64,000 bases of DNA, from assembly GCF_038025025.1 (NCBI RefSeq), contig NW_027117338.1, positions 186,001-250,000 on the forward strand, written 5' to 3'. This stretch comes from Phyllosticta citribraziliensis (lineage: Eukaryota). Of this stretch, positions 24,701 to 37,418 are shown in pieces. The position numbers and the translations under genes are program-made. Position 1 is the stretch's first letter. Each line of letters starts with the position of its first letter. The notes under the pieces are model-generated. The model was not told the DNA's origin. It saw only the letters and a program-made list of their open reading frames with translations, and did not search any database.

Positions 24701-25687
24701 ATGCCTCAGGGTCGGCCAACGCCTCCCCCGCCGCCCAAGGGGCCTCCTCAAGGACCTCCTGTCACTTCTCCGGGCCAGGTCGGCTCCCCGATCAACCAGT
24801 TGGATCCCACCAGAAGGCCCCCTTCAGCAGCCGCGGCTGCATACGCGCCGCCACAACAGCCCCAGCAGTACCCTGCGCAAGCAACTATCCCACGCGGCCC
24901 TTCGCCATATAACCCTCCGCCACCCTCGGCTGCTCCGACCAACCGTTACGCGCCGTCTCCTAATGCACAGCCTGCACCTCAGATGGCTCCGCCGCAGCGA
25001 CAGGTTGCGCCAAACCCGTATGCGCCACAGCAGCAGTTCGCCCAGGCGCCTCCTTCTCAAAGCCCCATGGCGCCGCCTCAGGGCCCGCCACGGATGGGTC
25101 CCCCGAGTGGTCCTCCGGCGGGCCCCCCGAGGGCAGGCCCGCCCCCTGCTGCAGGCATTGAGAGGCCTGGGACCGGTCAGTCGAATAGTTCGGCTGCGGC
25201 ACCACCGCCACCACCAAAGCCCAAGTACCGTGAGTCTAGCGTAGTTCCCCGTTGGAACTTTGGCTAATCAACTTCACAGCCCCTGGTGACCGTTCTCACA
25301 TCTCCGAAGCTGCGAAGCCAGTCTTTGAGATTTTGGCCGCAGACATGGCACGCGTCAAGGCGCGGGCTCCGACAAACTTTATGCCCCAGGTCGTCGACAC
25401 TGAGAAGCGCCTGAACATCTTGTTTGATCACCTCAACAACGAAGATTTGCTCAAGCCGGACACGGTCCAGGAGATGGTCGAGCTGAGCAGGCAAATCGAA
25501 GGCAGGCGGTACGAGGAAGCGCAGGCGCTGTTCACGGAGCTGATGAAGAACAAGAACGACGAAGGTAGTAACTGGATGGTAAGTTAATGCTCGGGCAACT
25601 CTTGGTCTTATCGAGTCTGGACTAATCAGTTTACAGGTCGGCGTTAAGCGTCTCATCTCGATGAGTAAAGCTACTCCTACTGCTTGA
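21704..25687 (+). CDS. SEC31: COPII outer coat protein Sec31
   Basis: [19 protein letters not shown]40 repeats, APKWL, Pro-rich region, C-terminal [12 protein letters not shown]. Introns approx. 21913-21980, 22101-22148, 25230-25279, 25579-25636. Confidence 0.97.
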
Positions 25688-26144
25688 AGGAGTAGTGGGC
25701 ATTTTGATGATGTCGACAGGCATGATGTTACGGCACAACGGCCTAGAGGATGATTGATGGGCTTTTGAGGGTTTCATTGTAGCATTAAAAGTCTCAGTAT
25801 GCATGGTCGACCAAGTTTTTTCTATCCTTGTTTTCTCTTTGCTCCCTTTACAAGAAGGCGCGGAAGCGACATAGCACTCTAGCATGGCGCTGTCGTTTGG
25901 TGTATGTAATAGACCACGAGCCGCTCGCTCAGTCATTTTGCATCTCTGACCGTCTTCCCTCGAACCATGAACGCCTGAAATGCACGCCTGCGCCTCGTGT
26001 CGGGCATCGCCAATCCATCCGCTTTTTGCGTCGGCAACCGGATAAGTTTCAAGTGACATTGCATCCAGAACGAGACGCATTTTTGGGGAAAGCCTGTTGC
26101 TTGTGTGTACCTCTGACAGGTACATGTAGGTAGCATGAGCGCAA

Positions 26145-26450
26145 TCACGACGACGTTTCCGACGTCGTTTCCAATGTCGTTTCCGACGACCTTTCCGACG
26201 CCCTTTTCTCGACAAAGTACCCAGGATCCGGTCTCCTCAGCTCCCTCTGCTCCGCCTTGGACAGCGGCTTTTCGACCTCGTGCACGTCGACGAGTTCCTT
26301 GACGCGCATAATCATACCGGCCACTGACTGCGTGACCGGGTGGTAGACGGTCGACATGCGCTTGCGCAGGCCGAGCGCGGCGAGCGTGCCTTGTGTCTTT
26401 TTCGGCAGTGCGATGGCGGAGCGGAGGAGCGTTATCCGGAAGTAGGCCAT
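26145..26450 (-). CDS. MRPL33: Mitochondrial ribosomal protein uL30m
   Basis: [43 protein letters not shown], the L30 signature. Confidence 0.92.
   Translation of the reverse strand: MAYFRITLLRSAIALPKKTQGTLAALGLRKRMSTVYHPVTQSVAGMIMRVKELVDVHEVEKPLSKAEQRELRRPDPGYFVEKRASERSSETTLETTSETSS
26152..26199. repeat. 4 x 12-nt imperfect tandem repeat in the MRPL33 C-terminus
   Basis: GACGTTTCCGAC GTCGTTTCCAAT GTCGTTTCCGAC GACCTTTCCGAC. Confidence 0.8.
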
Positions 26451-26964
26451 GGTGGTGGTTGTGGTGGTGGTTGTGCGGGAGTGCGGAGCGGGTTGAGAGG
26501 ACTGGACGGAGGGACTGGTCGAGAGAGGATTGAGTCAACTTGGAGACTGAGGTAGCGAAAGTGGAGGATGGCTTACCGGTGCGATTGGCACCAGGGATTG
26601 AGCAGGGCGCAGTGGAGCGGAGGACGGTATCGTGGAATATGTTGTTGCGCGGGAATGTCTGGAGAAAGCCGCAGTCGTGCCAAGAGCCGCGGCCATCATC
26701 AGGGCCCAGGCACGAGGCAGGGAGTCGCTGAATAAGTCATGGCCGCATTCAGTCAGTCAACACTGCTGACGACCGGCAACGCGGACACCTGCCCTCTCAA
26801 CAGGACACCGAGACGTCCGCTCCCGCATACGGAGCTGTCCCAAGACACAAACTACCTCACAACTAATACCCCGCCGGCTGCCCCGACTCTCTGGACCTCC
26901 CTAAACCCATCGCCCTGAAAGGCCAAATGCTCCATCGTCACATCCAACGCCCCCGGAGACCAGC

Positions 26965-29256
26965 ATGAACGATGCGGATTCCCCCAGCCTCCAGAAGCTG
27001 GCCGAGCTGCTGCGGCACCCCGAAGACCTGGACAAGATAGCCTCGCTCAAGGCCGAATTCACGCGCAAAAAGGCCGCCGTGGACGCGCAGCTGCGCCATG
27101 GACTCAAAGAGCAGCTGGAGATCACGCAGTCGGGCATGAACAGCATCGGCGAGGGCCAGCGCACCGTCAACCTCATCAAGGACGAGATGATGACGATAGA
27201 CAAGCTGTGCGCCGAGGCGCAGCAGATGATCCGCGACTTCCCGCACATCAACCTGGTCGCGCAGACGCACCGCAACTTCGAGGCCGTCCAGAAGATGAAG
27301 CAGGACATTGACCTGTTTGAGCGCGAGATGGCGCAGACGGAGCGCCTGCTGGACGACGACGAGCAGGACTTGGAGAACCAGCCGAACCTGCTGCAGATAC
27401 ACTTTGGCTTGAATCGTTTGCGCAACATTAGGGATGCCGCCATGGATCAGATCAAGAGCAGTGAAGACGACAGCCTCAGCCTGGAGCTCGTCAACAATTT
27501 GCGCTTGGACAGTGGAGGCACGCTGCAAGACTACTTTGACCGGCTGGACAGGGTCGTCGAGACGTTTGACGAGCACGTTGGTCTGGCTTGCATGAATCTC
27601 ATTCCCCTGGTGCAGACTGGCAACAATGGCATGGTCGTCAGATTGGCATTGGTCATTGAAGAGGAGGAGAAGATCGACAAGAAGGTTCAGGCTCTGCAGG
27701 ATGCCCAGAGGGATTACAAGGACCTGGCTGCCAGGTTCAAGTCTATTGCTACCGGCCCCAAGGAGCTCCGCGGGTACAAGGAGAAGTTTCTCAAGGCCAT
27801 TGAGCTGTCGGCTGGAGAAAAGATTGAAGATACCAAAGAAGCCTTCCTCGAGGATCCAGACAAGCTGGAGAAGAGTCTCCGGTGGTTCTTTAATGATCTC
27901 AATACGGTCAAGCTCGGCATGGTCAACTTGATGCCTCGGAAGTGGAAGGTCTTCAAGACTTACTACATGATTTACCACAAGATGATGCATGATTGGCTAG
28001 TCTCGCACATTGACGACCCTGAGCTCAAGCCCGTTAACATGCTCGCAATAATTCACTGGGAAGAAAAGTACTACAGAAAGATGGGGAAGCTGGGCGTGCC
28101 GGAAGACGACCTCACGCCGCATCTCATCGACAACCGGGCGTCCGAGCTCGTCCGCGAGTACAGACAACTCATCATCAAGGCTGTCGAAGAGTGGATGTCT
28201 CGCATGTCTGCGACAGACAAGCAAACCTTCATCGCCCGGGCTGAAAACAGCCTGGACACCGATGTCAATGGATACTTCCGCACAAAAACCCTCGGAGACA
28301 TGTGGTCCATGTTGCGCGAGCAACTCGCAGTGGCTGGCAGCAGCGACCGCACCGACGTGGCGGAGGGCGTCATCGACGCAATGTTCAAAGCCCTCATGTC
28401 TCGCCAGCGCCTGTGGGAGGAGCTGGTGGACATTGAACTCGACAAGTACACGCAGGGCGCGGGGGATCCCGACGGGCTACAGCCGTTACAAGACTGGCTG
28501 GTGGCCATCGCCAACGACCAAATCGCGTGCATCGACGACGGCGACGACGAGGCGCAGACGGGCGGATCGTACCTCTCGCGCTTCAGCCGCGAGCTGGTGC
28601 CGCTGACGTCGCCGCAGTACTCGGCGACGGCGCAGTCGCAAATCGACGTGCTGCGCGACGGCTACGTCGACCTCTCGACGCACTGCCTGACCGTCTTCGT
28701 GCGGCTCATCTTCGACGTCGACTTCCGGCCCATCCTCGCCGAGTTCTTCACGCCGGCATGGTACGCGCAGAAGCGCGTCGGGCAGATCGTGTCGACGTTC
28801 CAAGACTACCTCAACGACTACGACCCGGTGCTGCACCCATCGCTGCGCGACGTGCTGATCGAAGAGCTCGCCGACGAGCTGCTCGTGCGCTACCTCTCAT
28901 CCGTGCACAACAAGGGCGCCAAGTTCAAGCGCACCGAGCCCTTCGTCGACAAGATCCGCGACGACGTGCTCGCCGTCTTCGACTTCTTCGGCCAGTTCCC
29001 CGCCGGCCCGGACATCAAGCAGAAGTGGCGTGTCGTCGAGCGCTTCGTGCAGCTGCTCGAGGCCGACAAGCACGTCCTGCCGTCCGTCTTCGAGAGCTTC
29101 AAGGTCGAGTACTGGGACCTCAATGTCGGCTGGGTCGAGAGCGTGCTCAGGGTCAGAGATGACTCGGATCGCAGTCTGATTAAGGAGGTCAAGGCCAAGG
29201 CCGCGACGGTGCAGGTTGAGAGGGGCTTGGAGACTATCATGAGTAAGGTTAAGTAG
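26965..29256 (+). CDS. SEC6: Exocyst subunit Sec6
   Basis: 763-aa intronless ORF: LAELLRHPEDLDKI..FTRKKAAVD, NLLQIH, ANDQIAC, ETIMSKVK. Confidence 0.95.
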   Translation: MNDADSPSLQKLAELLRHPEDLDKIASLKAEFTRKKAAVDAQLRHGLKEQLEITQSGMNSIGEGQRTVNLIKDEMMTIDKLCAEAQQMIRDFPHINLVAQTHRNFEAVQKMKQDIDLFEREMAQTERLLDDDEQDLENQPNLLQIHFGLNRLRNIRDAAMDQIKSSEDDSLSLELVNNLRLDSGGTLQDYFDRLDRVVETFDEHVGLACMNLIPLVQTGNNGMVVRLALVIEEEEKIDKKVQALQDAQRDYKDLAARFKSIATGPKELRGYKEKFLKAIELSAGEKIEDTKEAFLEDPDKLEKSLRWFFNDLNTVKLGMVNLMPRKWKVFKTYYMIYHKMMHDWLVSHIDDPELKPVNMLAIIHWEEKYYRKMGKLGVPEDDLTPHLIDNRASELVREYRQLIIKAVEEWMSRMSATDKQTFIARAENSLDTDVNGYFRTKTLGDMWSMLREQLAVAGSSDRTDVAEGVIDAMFKALMSRQRLWEELVDIELDKYTQGAGDPDGLQPLQDWLVAIANDQIACIDDGDDEAQTGGSYLSRFSRELVPLTSPQYSATAQSQIDVLRDGYVDLSTHCLTVFVRLIFDVDFRPILAEFFTPAWYAQKRVGQIVSTFQDYLNDYDPVLHPSLRDVLIEELADELLVRYLSSVHNKGAKFKRTEPFVDKIRDDVLAVFDFFGQFPAGPDIKQKWRVVERFVQLLEADKHVLPSVFESFKVEYWDLNVGWVESVLRVRDDSDRSLIKEVKAKAATVQVERGLETIMSKVK

Positions 29257-30187
29257 GGAGGTGCGCGGTGGTCTTGATCTAGTGGTTCTTTTCGTTTCCC
29301 CTTCCTCGTTTCTCTTCTTCACATCTCCCCATACACTTTCAGAGACAAGCGGGCGGGCAAGCAAGGCAGGCAGGCAGGTTCATTCTGGTAGGCGGGCATG
29401 GCGAGATGGCGTTCTTCTCTTCCGTTCACTTATGGCACGCATTGGGAATCTAATATATACATATTCATGACGTCAGATGAGGCAGTCGTCCTCGTCTCCT
29501 CTCCTCTTCTCTTCCCTTCTTCTCTACTCCTGCAGGAGGGCTCTTATCGTGGAACGCATCTGTCACAGTAACAGCAGCAACAGGGACACTTGCACAAGGC
29601 CGGTCGGCTGTAAAGTACGGTCGCTGGCTGTTGAGCACGTTCAGCTCGACTTGACTCCTAAGGTGCTTTGCAACCGCCAACGTAAGCATTGATCGTCTCA
29701 TGCACCGAACGAGTGAACGAATCATGTCACCACACGTGCGCGTTTGCTTCTGCTTCGTCTCATCGTCGCATCCTCCTCCTAACAATCAATTGCGGATCTT
29801 CATGGCTGGCATTTACAATCGTGACTAGAGTAGGTAGGTAGATGGGTAGGTCGAGAAGTATGTATGTACGAAAGAATAGGTAAGGAGGTGAAGGGGAAGG
29901 GGAAAGGGGGTATCGAACGACGCATGGAACCAGAATGCAGACCAAACCAGTCCAGACCGATCGTTCCCAGAGCGCCATTCCCGCCATTTCAATCCATGCC
30001 TACACCGGCTCGCCCGCCCGCCTGACAGAAAGACGGATGAGATGGATGGAAGGAAAGAAGCGAGCAGGAAGCCAAAAGACAGCCCACCCCAAGGACGCCT
30101 CTCCTTCATACAACGGAGCGGCGTACGTCGTGCGTCGCGCAACAAGGCAGAAAAGTTATAGTGTGATATATGCGGGAAGGGCACGGG

Positions 30188-33100
30188 TTACGACACGATG
30201 CCGACGGCGCTGTGAGCCGACGTTGCGACGCTGAACCCCAAGCCGCCGCTCCACGGGCTCATTGTGTCGTCGATGTCGACGTCGCCTCGCCACAGCGCGT
30301 CCCACGCATCGGCCTTGCGCAGCTCCTGCTCGCTGAGCTGCCACTGCGGCGTGGCCTTCATGGGCCGCCAGGCGAGGCGCGTGCGCGGGCCGTCTTCGAC
30401 GTCGTCGGCGACGGCCTTGAGGTCGATGGGCCGCGCGACGCTCGGCAGGTTGGTGAGTTCCTGCAGCGCGAGGCGGTGCTTGGGCACGGCGGCTTCGCGC
30501 GACGACAGAGCGCCCGGCTTGCGGCCGCCGGGCACGACGGGCAGGCTGAGCCACGAGTCGCGCGACGCCGCGGCCTTTGCGGTGCCCTGCTCGCGGCGGT
30601 TGGTGCTGCGCAGGTAGCGGTTGGCCGCCTCGAGGTACTCGATGTCCCTGCGCAGGGCGTCGATTTCGCGCTTGGTGGCGACCGTCTTCTCGCCGCCGCG
30701 CTGCTGCGCGCCCAGCTCGCCGCCCATGGCGGCTTCGAGCGCCTTTGCTTTCTCCGCCTCGCCCTTCCACTTTTCCTTTTCCGTCTCCATGGCCGCGAGC
30801 GCGTCGATGTGTTGCTGGTGCTGCTCGACCAGCTCGCGCTCCTTGGCGCGCAGCTCGTCGATCTTGCGCTCCAGCTCCGTGATGCGCTGCGCCTTTTTGG
30901 ACGCGTCACGCGTCCGGCTCTCGAGCAGCTCGATCTTGACCGTGGCTTCTTCGTGGCGCTGCTCTTGGAGCTTGATCTGCATGGTCCGGCCGTGGACTTC
31001 TTCCTTGAGGCGCCGAATCTCCTCTTCGGCGTCGATGGACACAATCTTGCTGTCCTGTAGTTCCTTGGACCGGAGAACCCAGGGCGCCGGTGTCTTTTCG
31101 AATTCTACAACCATCTCCAGATCCGACGTCATGTTGCTGAGTTCAGTAATGACGTCGACTAATTGGCGGAGCTTGGCGGCAAAGGTTGTGTACAGATCTG
31201 ATTCTGACACAGACCACACAGATTCAGACGTCTTGAACATGACATTGCGAACTTCGCTGGTAGAGAAGGGTGTGTTGCGGCCCTCCTCGTGCAGCAGGCG
31301 GAAGATGTTTTCTCCAAGTGCCCGCGTGTACATGGCAAGCTCTTCAGCAGTGTCCTGGCACTCGCAGAACTGAGGCGACGTGTCACCAGATATGGTCATG
31401 GACCTTGTCTTATGCTCTTGAAGCGCCCTGAGCGTCTTTCCAACAATGACCTTTGTGCTGCGTGTTTGCGCAATGATGGCCTCTGTCTTTTCGACGAAGC
31501 GCTGAATGCCGTCGTATGCGTTCTCTTCGGTTTCGTGGACCTTGGATTGGACCTCCATCTTGACGAGAGCCAGTGCTGACGCGGTCGTCTCGAGGTGGCT
31601 TTGCATGAGTAGAGTGCGCATGAGAACGTCGTCAGCGTAAGCGACGAGACTGTCGCCCAGGTGTCTCTCGGCCAAATGACCCATGACAGCGATTGACCTG
31701 AAATGTGTTAGCGAGCTCTTTACGAAGAGAGGGGAAGACTAACCGATGCAATTCCTCCGCAACGAGTTTCTCCTTCAGCTCATCGTTCTTCAGAGCCTCA
31801 ATGTAGCCATTAAGTGCACGCTCGACGGGCTCGAGCTCGTAGAGAGCGCCCTCGAACCTGGCAAATTTATCCAGCGAGCACGTCGAAATGGCCGTGACGA
31901 ATCTATCGCACATGGCTGAAACCCACGTGAGCTTGTCAAGGACATCGCAAGCCTCGAAAATGTCCTCGTCGGCGACGGGCGCATCGCCCGACACCTTGTC
32001 CTTGACAAAGTTGTGAATGAGTGAAGCCTTAAAGCCGATCCTCTTGAAGCGCAGCAGGGCGAGCACCGATTCTCTCTCCGAGTGGAAGGCTTCAGGGAGG
32101 AATAGCTGCACAATGGCAAGATGCTCGGCAGCCTCCTGGGCCTCCAGCTTCCGAAGCTCCATATCGATGGTCTTGACCTTTGTGCTAGAAGCCGACTGCT
32201 GCAGCTGCCTGTTGAGATCCATCATGGCTCTGGAGCGGCTGTTCAGCTCCTGGGCTTCGGTCTCGCTGATTTCCCTCGACGCCCGCATGTCTTCCATGTC
32301 TGACTGCAGGTTGGTGACCAGCTCGCGGAATCTCATGATGGTGTACTCCTGGTCTGCGACCGTCTCGTCTTGCTGCAGAGCGCGGCGGCCAAAGTCTGTA
32401 ATGACAGCATCCTTGTAGTCGATTTGTTCGAGGAGCTGCTTCTCGTTTTCGACGTGGTTAATCTCAAGCTCGTCGTTGAGTTCCTTGAGCGTCTCGAGCT
32501 CTTCGATGGTGGCTTTCAAGTTCTCAATGTACTCGCTCTGCGAGAGGTTCTTCTCGGTGAGCTCCTCAATCATCTCCTCGGCACCGAGAGCGGCCTCGAG
32601 TTGTTGACGAAGTTCTTCTCTGTCAGCTTCAGCATCCGCGAGCGCGGCCTTGGTTTCGTCGTAGAGCTCCTTGACACCAGACAGCTCTTGGACGTCTTCT
32701 TCCAAGCCCTGGATCTGGCTTCTGAGTTCAGACTCAGACTGCTGAGTAATGTCCCTCAGACGGATGAGGGCTTCGCGCAGCCTCTCATTCTCCCGCTCCA
32801 TCTGAATCCATCCCTGGCTTGTCCGCTCTTCAGGACTCATGTCCTTGCTGAGCTCATCGTTCTCGCCCTTAAGGATTTCATTCTCCAGTTCGATTTCTTC
32901 GAGCTTCTCTTTGACGGCGTCGAGCTCTGCCTTGTACGCCTCGGTCTGCTCCTCTGCCATCTCCCGGTCCAGCGTCGCCATTTCCATGATCGACTCGTGC
33001 TCCGCTTGAAGAGTTTCCACCTGCTCCAGCCTGCCTTCGGCATCCTTCAGGTGTTTCTTCAGCTCTGCGTTCTCATGGGAAAGCGGTTGGATCTTGTTCT

Positions 33101-34075
33101 GCAGTTTTTGTATGATTTGCTCGAACCTGTCTTTTTCTTCTTGAACGCGCTCCAAGGTCACAATCCTTTCCCGGTCCTCGTTTCTTTTGGACTCGAGGAA
33201 GGCAACCTTCGTGGTGAGCTCCTGAATTTGTTGTTTATCTTGCGAACTGCTGGTGCTCCGTTGAGCAGCTTGCGTACTCGTTGGAGTCGAACTTCCGGTA
33301 TCAGATGGGGTTCGCTTCGCCGCACTAAGAGATTGACGAGCGGTCGGCTTGGGAGTGTCTGTACTCGACGTCCTTGCTGAACCCGAGCGAGCTGGACCGC
33401 CCAGAGAGGGTCTGGGCGTGTGCTTAGGTGCGGCCGGCGTCGCAGTCTTACCAGCAGAAGACGCAACATTGGACACCCTTCTGCTCGCCGCAGTAGCGCC
33501 ACCTATGCTAGGGCGCGCGCGCTGAGATATTGAGCCAGCAGCTGGTCGCTTTGTAGGAGACTACAACGAATCAGTCTTCGCGCCAGGGCGGCGGGCGTGG
33601 ACAAGCAGCTCACCCCAATCTTGGTCCCCGCCGAGGCCGCTCCCCTCCCGGTGTCGATGCTGGTGGGCCGACTCCCCAGCCTGGGCCTGTTGGTCGTGGA
33701 TTCGGTCACCACGCTGCTCGGCCTGCTCTTGCCCTGGTCCACAGAGCCTCCCGGCCGCCTGCTCACAGACTTGGCCGGAGGCCTCCCAGCCGCTGCCGCG
33801 GAGGCCGCCGCCGGCTTCGCAGGCGCCTTGGGTTTCGGTTGCTCTAGTACGTGCGAGACGCCCGTCCGGCGCAAGAACATGCCGTGGCCGGGCTCGCAGT
33901 CGAAGTATCGTTCGCCTTGGACGGAGCCGTCGTTTTTGCCCGACGCATCGTCGAATTCTACGCCAACCCACTCGTCTGCCGCAAAGTGGGTGCCGCCGAT
34001 GAAGCGGACCGTCGCGACGCGGCCATTGACGAGCTCGACGACTTGGCCGACCTTAAGATCGACTTGATCGCCCAT
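30188..34075 (-). CDS. NIP100: Dynactin p150Glued subunit (ro-3/nudM)
   Basis: CAP-Gly domain with WVGVE..GKNDGSV; basic S/T region; coiled coil with EMATLDREMAEE. Introns 33561-33613, 31698-31743. Confidence 0.95.
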
Positions 34076-34665
34076 GGTGGTGGTGGTGGATGCGAGGTTG
34101 GCGTGCTATCGCGGCTTGTGTGTTGTCCCTCGCGCGGCGTCCTGTGGCTATGCGCACTTCATGACACGAAGCTTTTAGAGGTTGTAGCGGGCGCGACTAC
34201 TAGGAGTAATCGTCTGAGAGGTACGGTTCGGTGATGATACGGAGGGCGATTTTCGGAAAGCTGGGGTGGTGGTCGCGGGGAGCTTGGGGTACAAGGTTAG
34301 GTGACAGCTGGAGATGACGCGGGCGCTTCCCTTTGTTGGTGGTCGAGTCCGAATTGACGAACACCACCGACGCGCCGTCCCGAGGCGAGCTCTCGGCTAG
34401 CCCACCATCCCGTCCCCAAGGGAAACGCGTCGAGGCGCGCACCAAACAACATCACATGATAGCAACTGCTCATAAATGAGGGTTCGTCTTTGATCTATTT
34501 CTGTATGCGAGCAAGTAGGAATGACGAAAATTCAAATCGCTCATGGACTGTGGATCCAAGTGTGCTCCTCGTTGACATATTCTATAGGCATGCACCTGAC
34601 AGGAACGCTACCACAGCATTGAAAGATCGAGGAGGAGCGCTTGCTCATCCAACATGCACTCAACC

Positions 34666-36947
34666 TTAGGCAGTCAACTCGGCAATCCGCTTCTCAATCT
34701 CCGGCACCGCCCTCAGCTGCAGCTCCAGCTCTTCCTTCTCGCTGTATGGCCGTTAGCATCCATCGATTTGAAATTGGGAGTTCGGGACTTACTCCTCCAA
34801 TTGCAGTCTCCGCTCAGCATCCAGCTTTGTAAAAATGTAATGACCCTGTCCGTCGAACTGCAAAATGTTCGAGTGGTACTTCCACAAACTTCTCCGGTGG
34901 CTCACAGTCATCAAGGTGATGCCCAGCCTCTTTGCCTCGTCGTACATGATTCTCTCAATCTCGAGCGTCACACTGCTGGTGCACTCATCTAAGATGGCGT
35001 ACTTTGGAGCGTGGTAAAACAACCTGGCCATGGCGACGCGCTGCTGCAAACCAATGGAGAGAACGTCGGCCCATTCCTGCTCCGCGTCCCATCCATCAGG
35101 CCGGTCGACAATCGACTCAATCTCCACGACCGACAGTATGCGCAGGAGGTCTGCATCCGTGATGCCCTTGTCGCGCATCTGCCTCAAATTATCCGGATAG
35201 GTGATTTGTTGCCGCAGCGTTCCTCGTGACAAATAAGGCCTCTGTGGGATATAGAAAATGTCCTCGAACGGTGGTTTTCTAACTGTACCACCATACACCG
35301 GCCACAAGCCACCCAAAATCCGGAAGAGGGAAGATTTGCCGCATCCATTGGGTCCAACGATCAAGAGGTGGTCTCCAGGTTTTACGGTGAAGCTGAGGGC
35401 GCGCACGAGGATGTCACCATTTGGCGAAACGATCGGCACATCCACAAACTCAATATCCTCTCCTTCGGACACCTTGCCGCGACCTCTCAACACGACTGCG
35501 TTCTCCTCTGTATTTGCTGATGACACCAGCTTCTTTTCGAAATGGCCAGCTTGAATCTCGTCCATCACATCGAGGAGGGTAGAAACACGTGAGGTGTACC
35601 CTGCCAATTCGGTGATTTCCTTGTAGGAGAACATGACACGTCCAAAAGCATCCGAGGAACTGAGGAGCATGCGCCGGTTGGTGACAAAACCTGAGAGAGT
35701 CAGTTAGCCCAGAACCATGGGAGCAGGAAAACATTTGATACTCACTTTCCGTCCGGTCTCCCATGTTGTTGCCAGCGACGCCAGGTATTTTGAAGAACAC
35801 GGGCACGCTGCAGAGCATCAATCCTAGAGCACCCCAGAAGTACTTGATGACAAAGTCTTCCATGATGGCATGGTAAAATCTTCTTCTCAAAATCCGGTTA
35901 ACGTGCTTGATCAAGGTAAAGTATCCTTTGTCGAGCGTGTCCTTCTCCGCCTCGTGGCCAGCATATAGCGAGACCTCCTCACTGTAGTCGATGAGCCTGG
36001 AATGTTGGAATCGGAATTCGCCTTCCAGGCGCGCCTCGTCTGCCACATATCTGCCGAACGGCGGTGTCAGTGCTCTCATGATGCTTGCCGAAAGCTGCAC
36101 GATCAAGCTCATCATGAAGAGACCTTCTCCTCCAACGCTGCGAGACAGCGAGTAGTTGTAGATTATCATGTCCAAAACCGGCTTCGCGATGTTAGAATAC
36201 AACTCGGCAAGACTGTTTGAGAATTTGGCAACGTCGACAGTGATGAGCTGATCGGCGTTCTTTATTCGATCATCGAGGGCGGAGAGGGTGTAGAAGGTCA
36301 TCTGTGAGAGGTACTTGTTGTGGATGTAATTTGTGAGGCGGGTTCGGTATTGAAGGGAGAGTTTGCATTGGTGATACGAAAGCTATCATCGATCAGCGAC
36401 AGTAGAGTGAAGCGGAGTATCGTCATCTTACCATTGAGTTCGTAAAGGTTGCGGGAATGGCGACCGTCATCCACCAGACCAGGCCAGTCAAGAAGTCCTT
36501 GCCCCTGCCCCGAACAAGGCTGCTCACCAACTTTCCGTCCAGTTCAGCGACGTACAGACTGATCAGCGTCCGCAGGACGAGGAACACGGTGTGGCTGATG
36601 AGCAGTCGAAGCTCCTTGCTCCGCCATCCTGGTATGACAATCTTGAGCAGCCGGAAGAGGTTTCTGAAGAATTCGCGATTGAGCTCGACCTTCTTCCTCG
36701 CGGTAGCTTCACCTTCAGTCGCTCCAGTGCCGGCTTTGCGGACCTCGGCCTGGCGGGTGGATGCGGCCTTTTGTTCGGAGATGGCGATGCGGATGCGGTT
36801 GACGAGGGCCACAAACAGGGTGAGGTAGACGGCGCGGGAGATGCGAGTCCGATGCTTCAGGTACTGCGAAGTAAGCTCGTTCACGAGGGCCTTGGAGCGG
36901 TCCAAGGTGGAGCGGTCCAAGGACAGAAGCTTGGACTGAACGGCCAT
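34666..36947 (-). CDS. PXA2: Peroxisomal ABCD half-transporter for fatty acyl-CoA import
   Basis: EAA-like [14 protein letters not shown], Walker A GPNGCGKS, signature LSIGLQQR, Walker B ILDECTS. Introns 36384-36431, 35691-35745, 34742-34792. Pxa2 rather than Pxa1 rests on the degenerate signature. Confidence 0.88.
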
Positions 36948-37418
36948 GGCGGGAGTGAGCGCTTATTTGCGCATCTGGAGACGGAGAATCTTCTCTGGAA
37001 GAAATGGCATGCTCGCCCGTTGAACGAGTCGGGAGATGCGATGAAGTTGTGGATGCAGTCGCAACGGAACCTGACGAGGAACTGGGTGCTAAGTGGAAGC
37101 GCAGGTAGCTCGACAGATGCATGTGATTGTCCACCTCGGTTGCTTCCCCGGATTCTCGGCTGACTCGTCGACCCGCCAGCGGCTGAGTCATGACCACCAT
37201 GACGTCCGCGTTTGGAGCTCTGACCAAACAAAACATGAACACCATCGCTTTTCACGTCAATCGAGCGTGCTTCGTGCTGATGATTTCAACTATTGCTCTT
37301 ACGCTGCCGTCCCCCAAGTCTAATCTATCTATGGCTATCTCGCTAATTCTAGAAATCAAAAACACAGAGAAATCTAAAGCTAAATCGTTTCAAGTACAAA
37401 AAGAAAAAACATCCAACT

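Noticed and set aside
24180..25230. Pro/Gln-rich repeats in SEC31 (and RGG repeats in RRP12)
   Set aside because: Expected low-complexity regions for these families.
35035..35065. Non-canonical ABC signature LSIGLQQR
   Set aside because: As I recall, a degenerate signature is normal for Pxa2-type subunits, so it is not a lesion.
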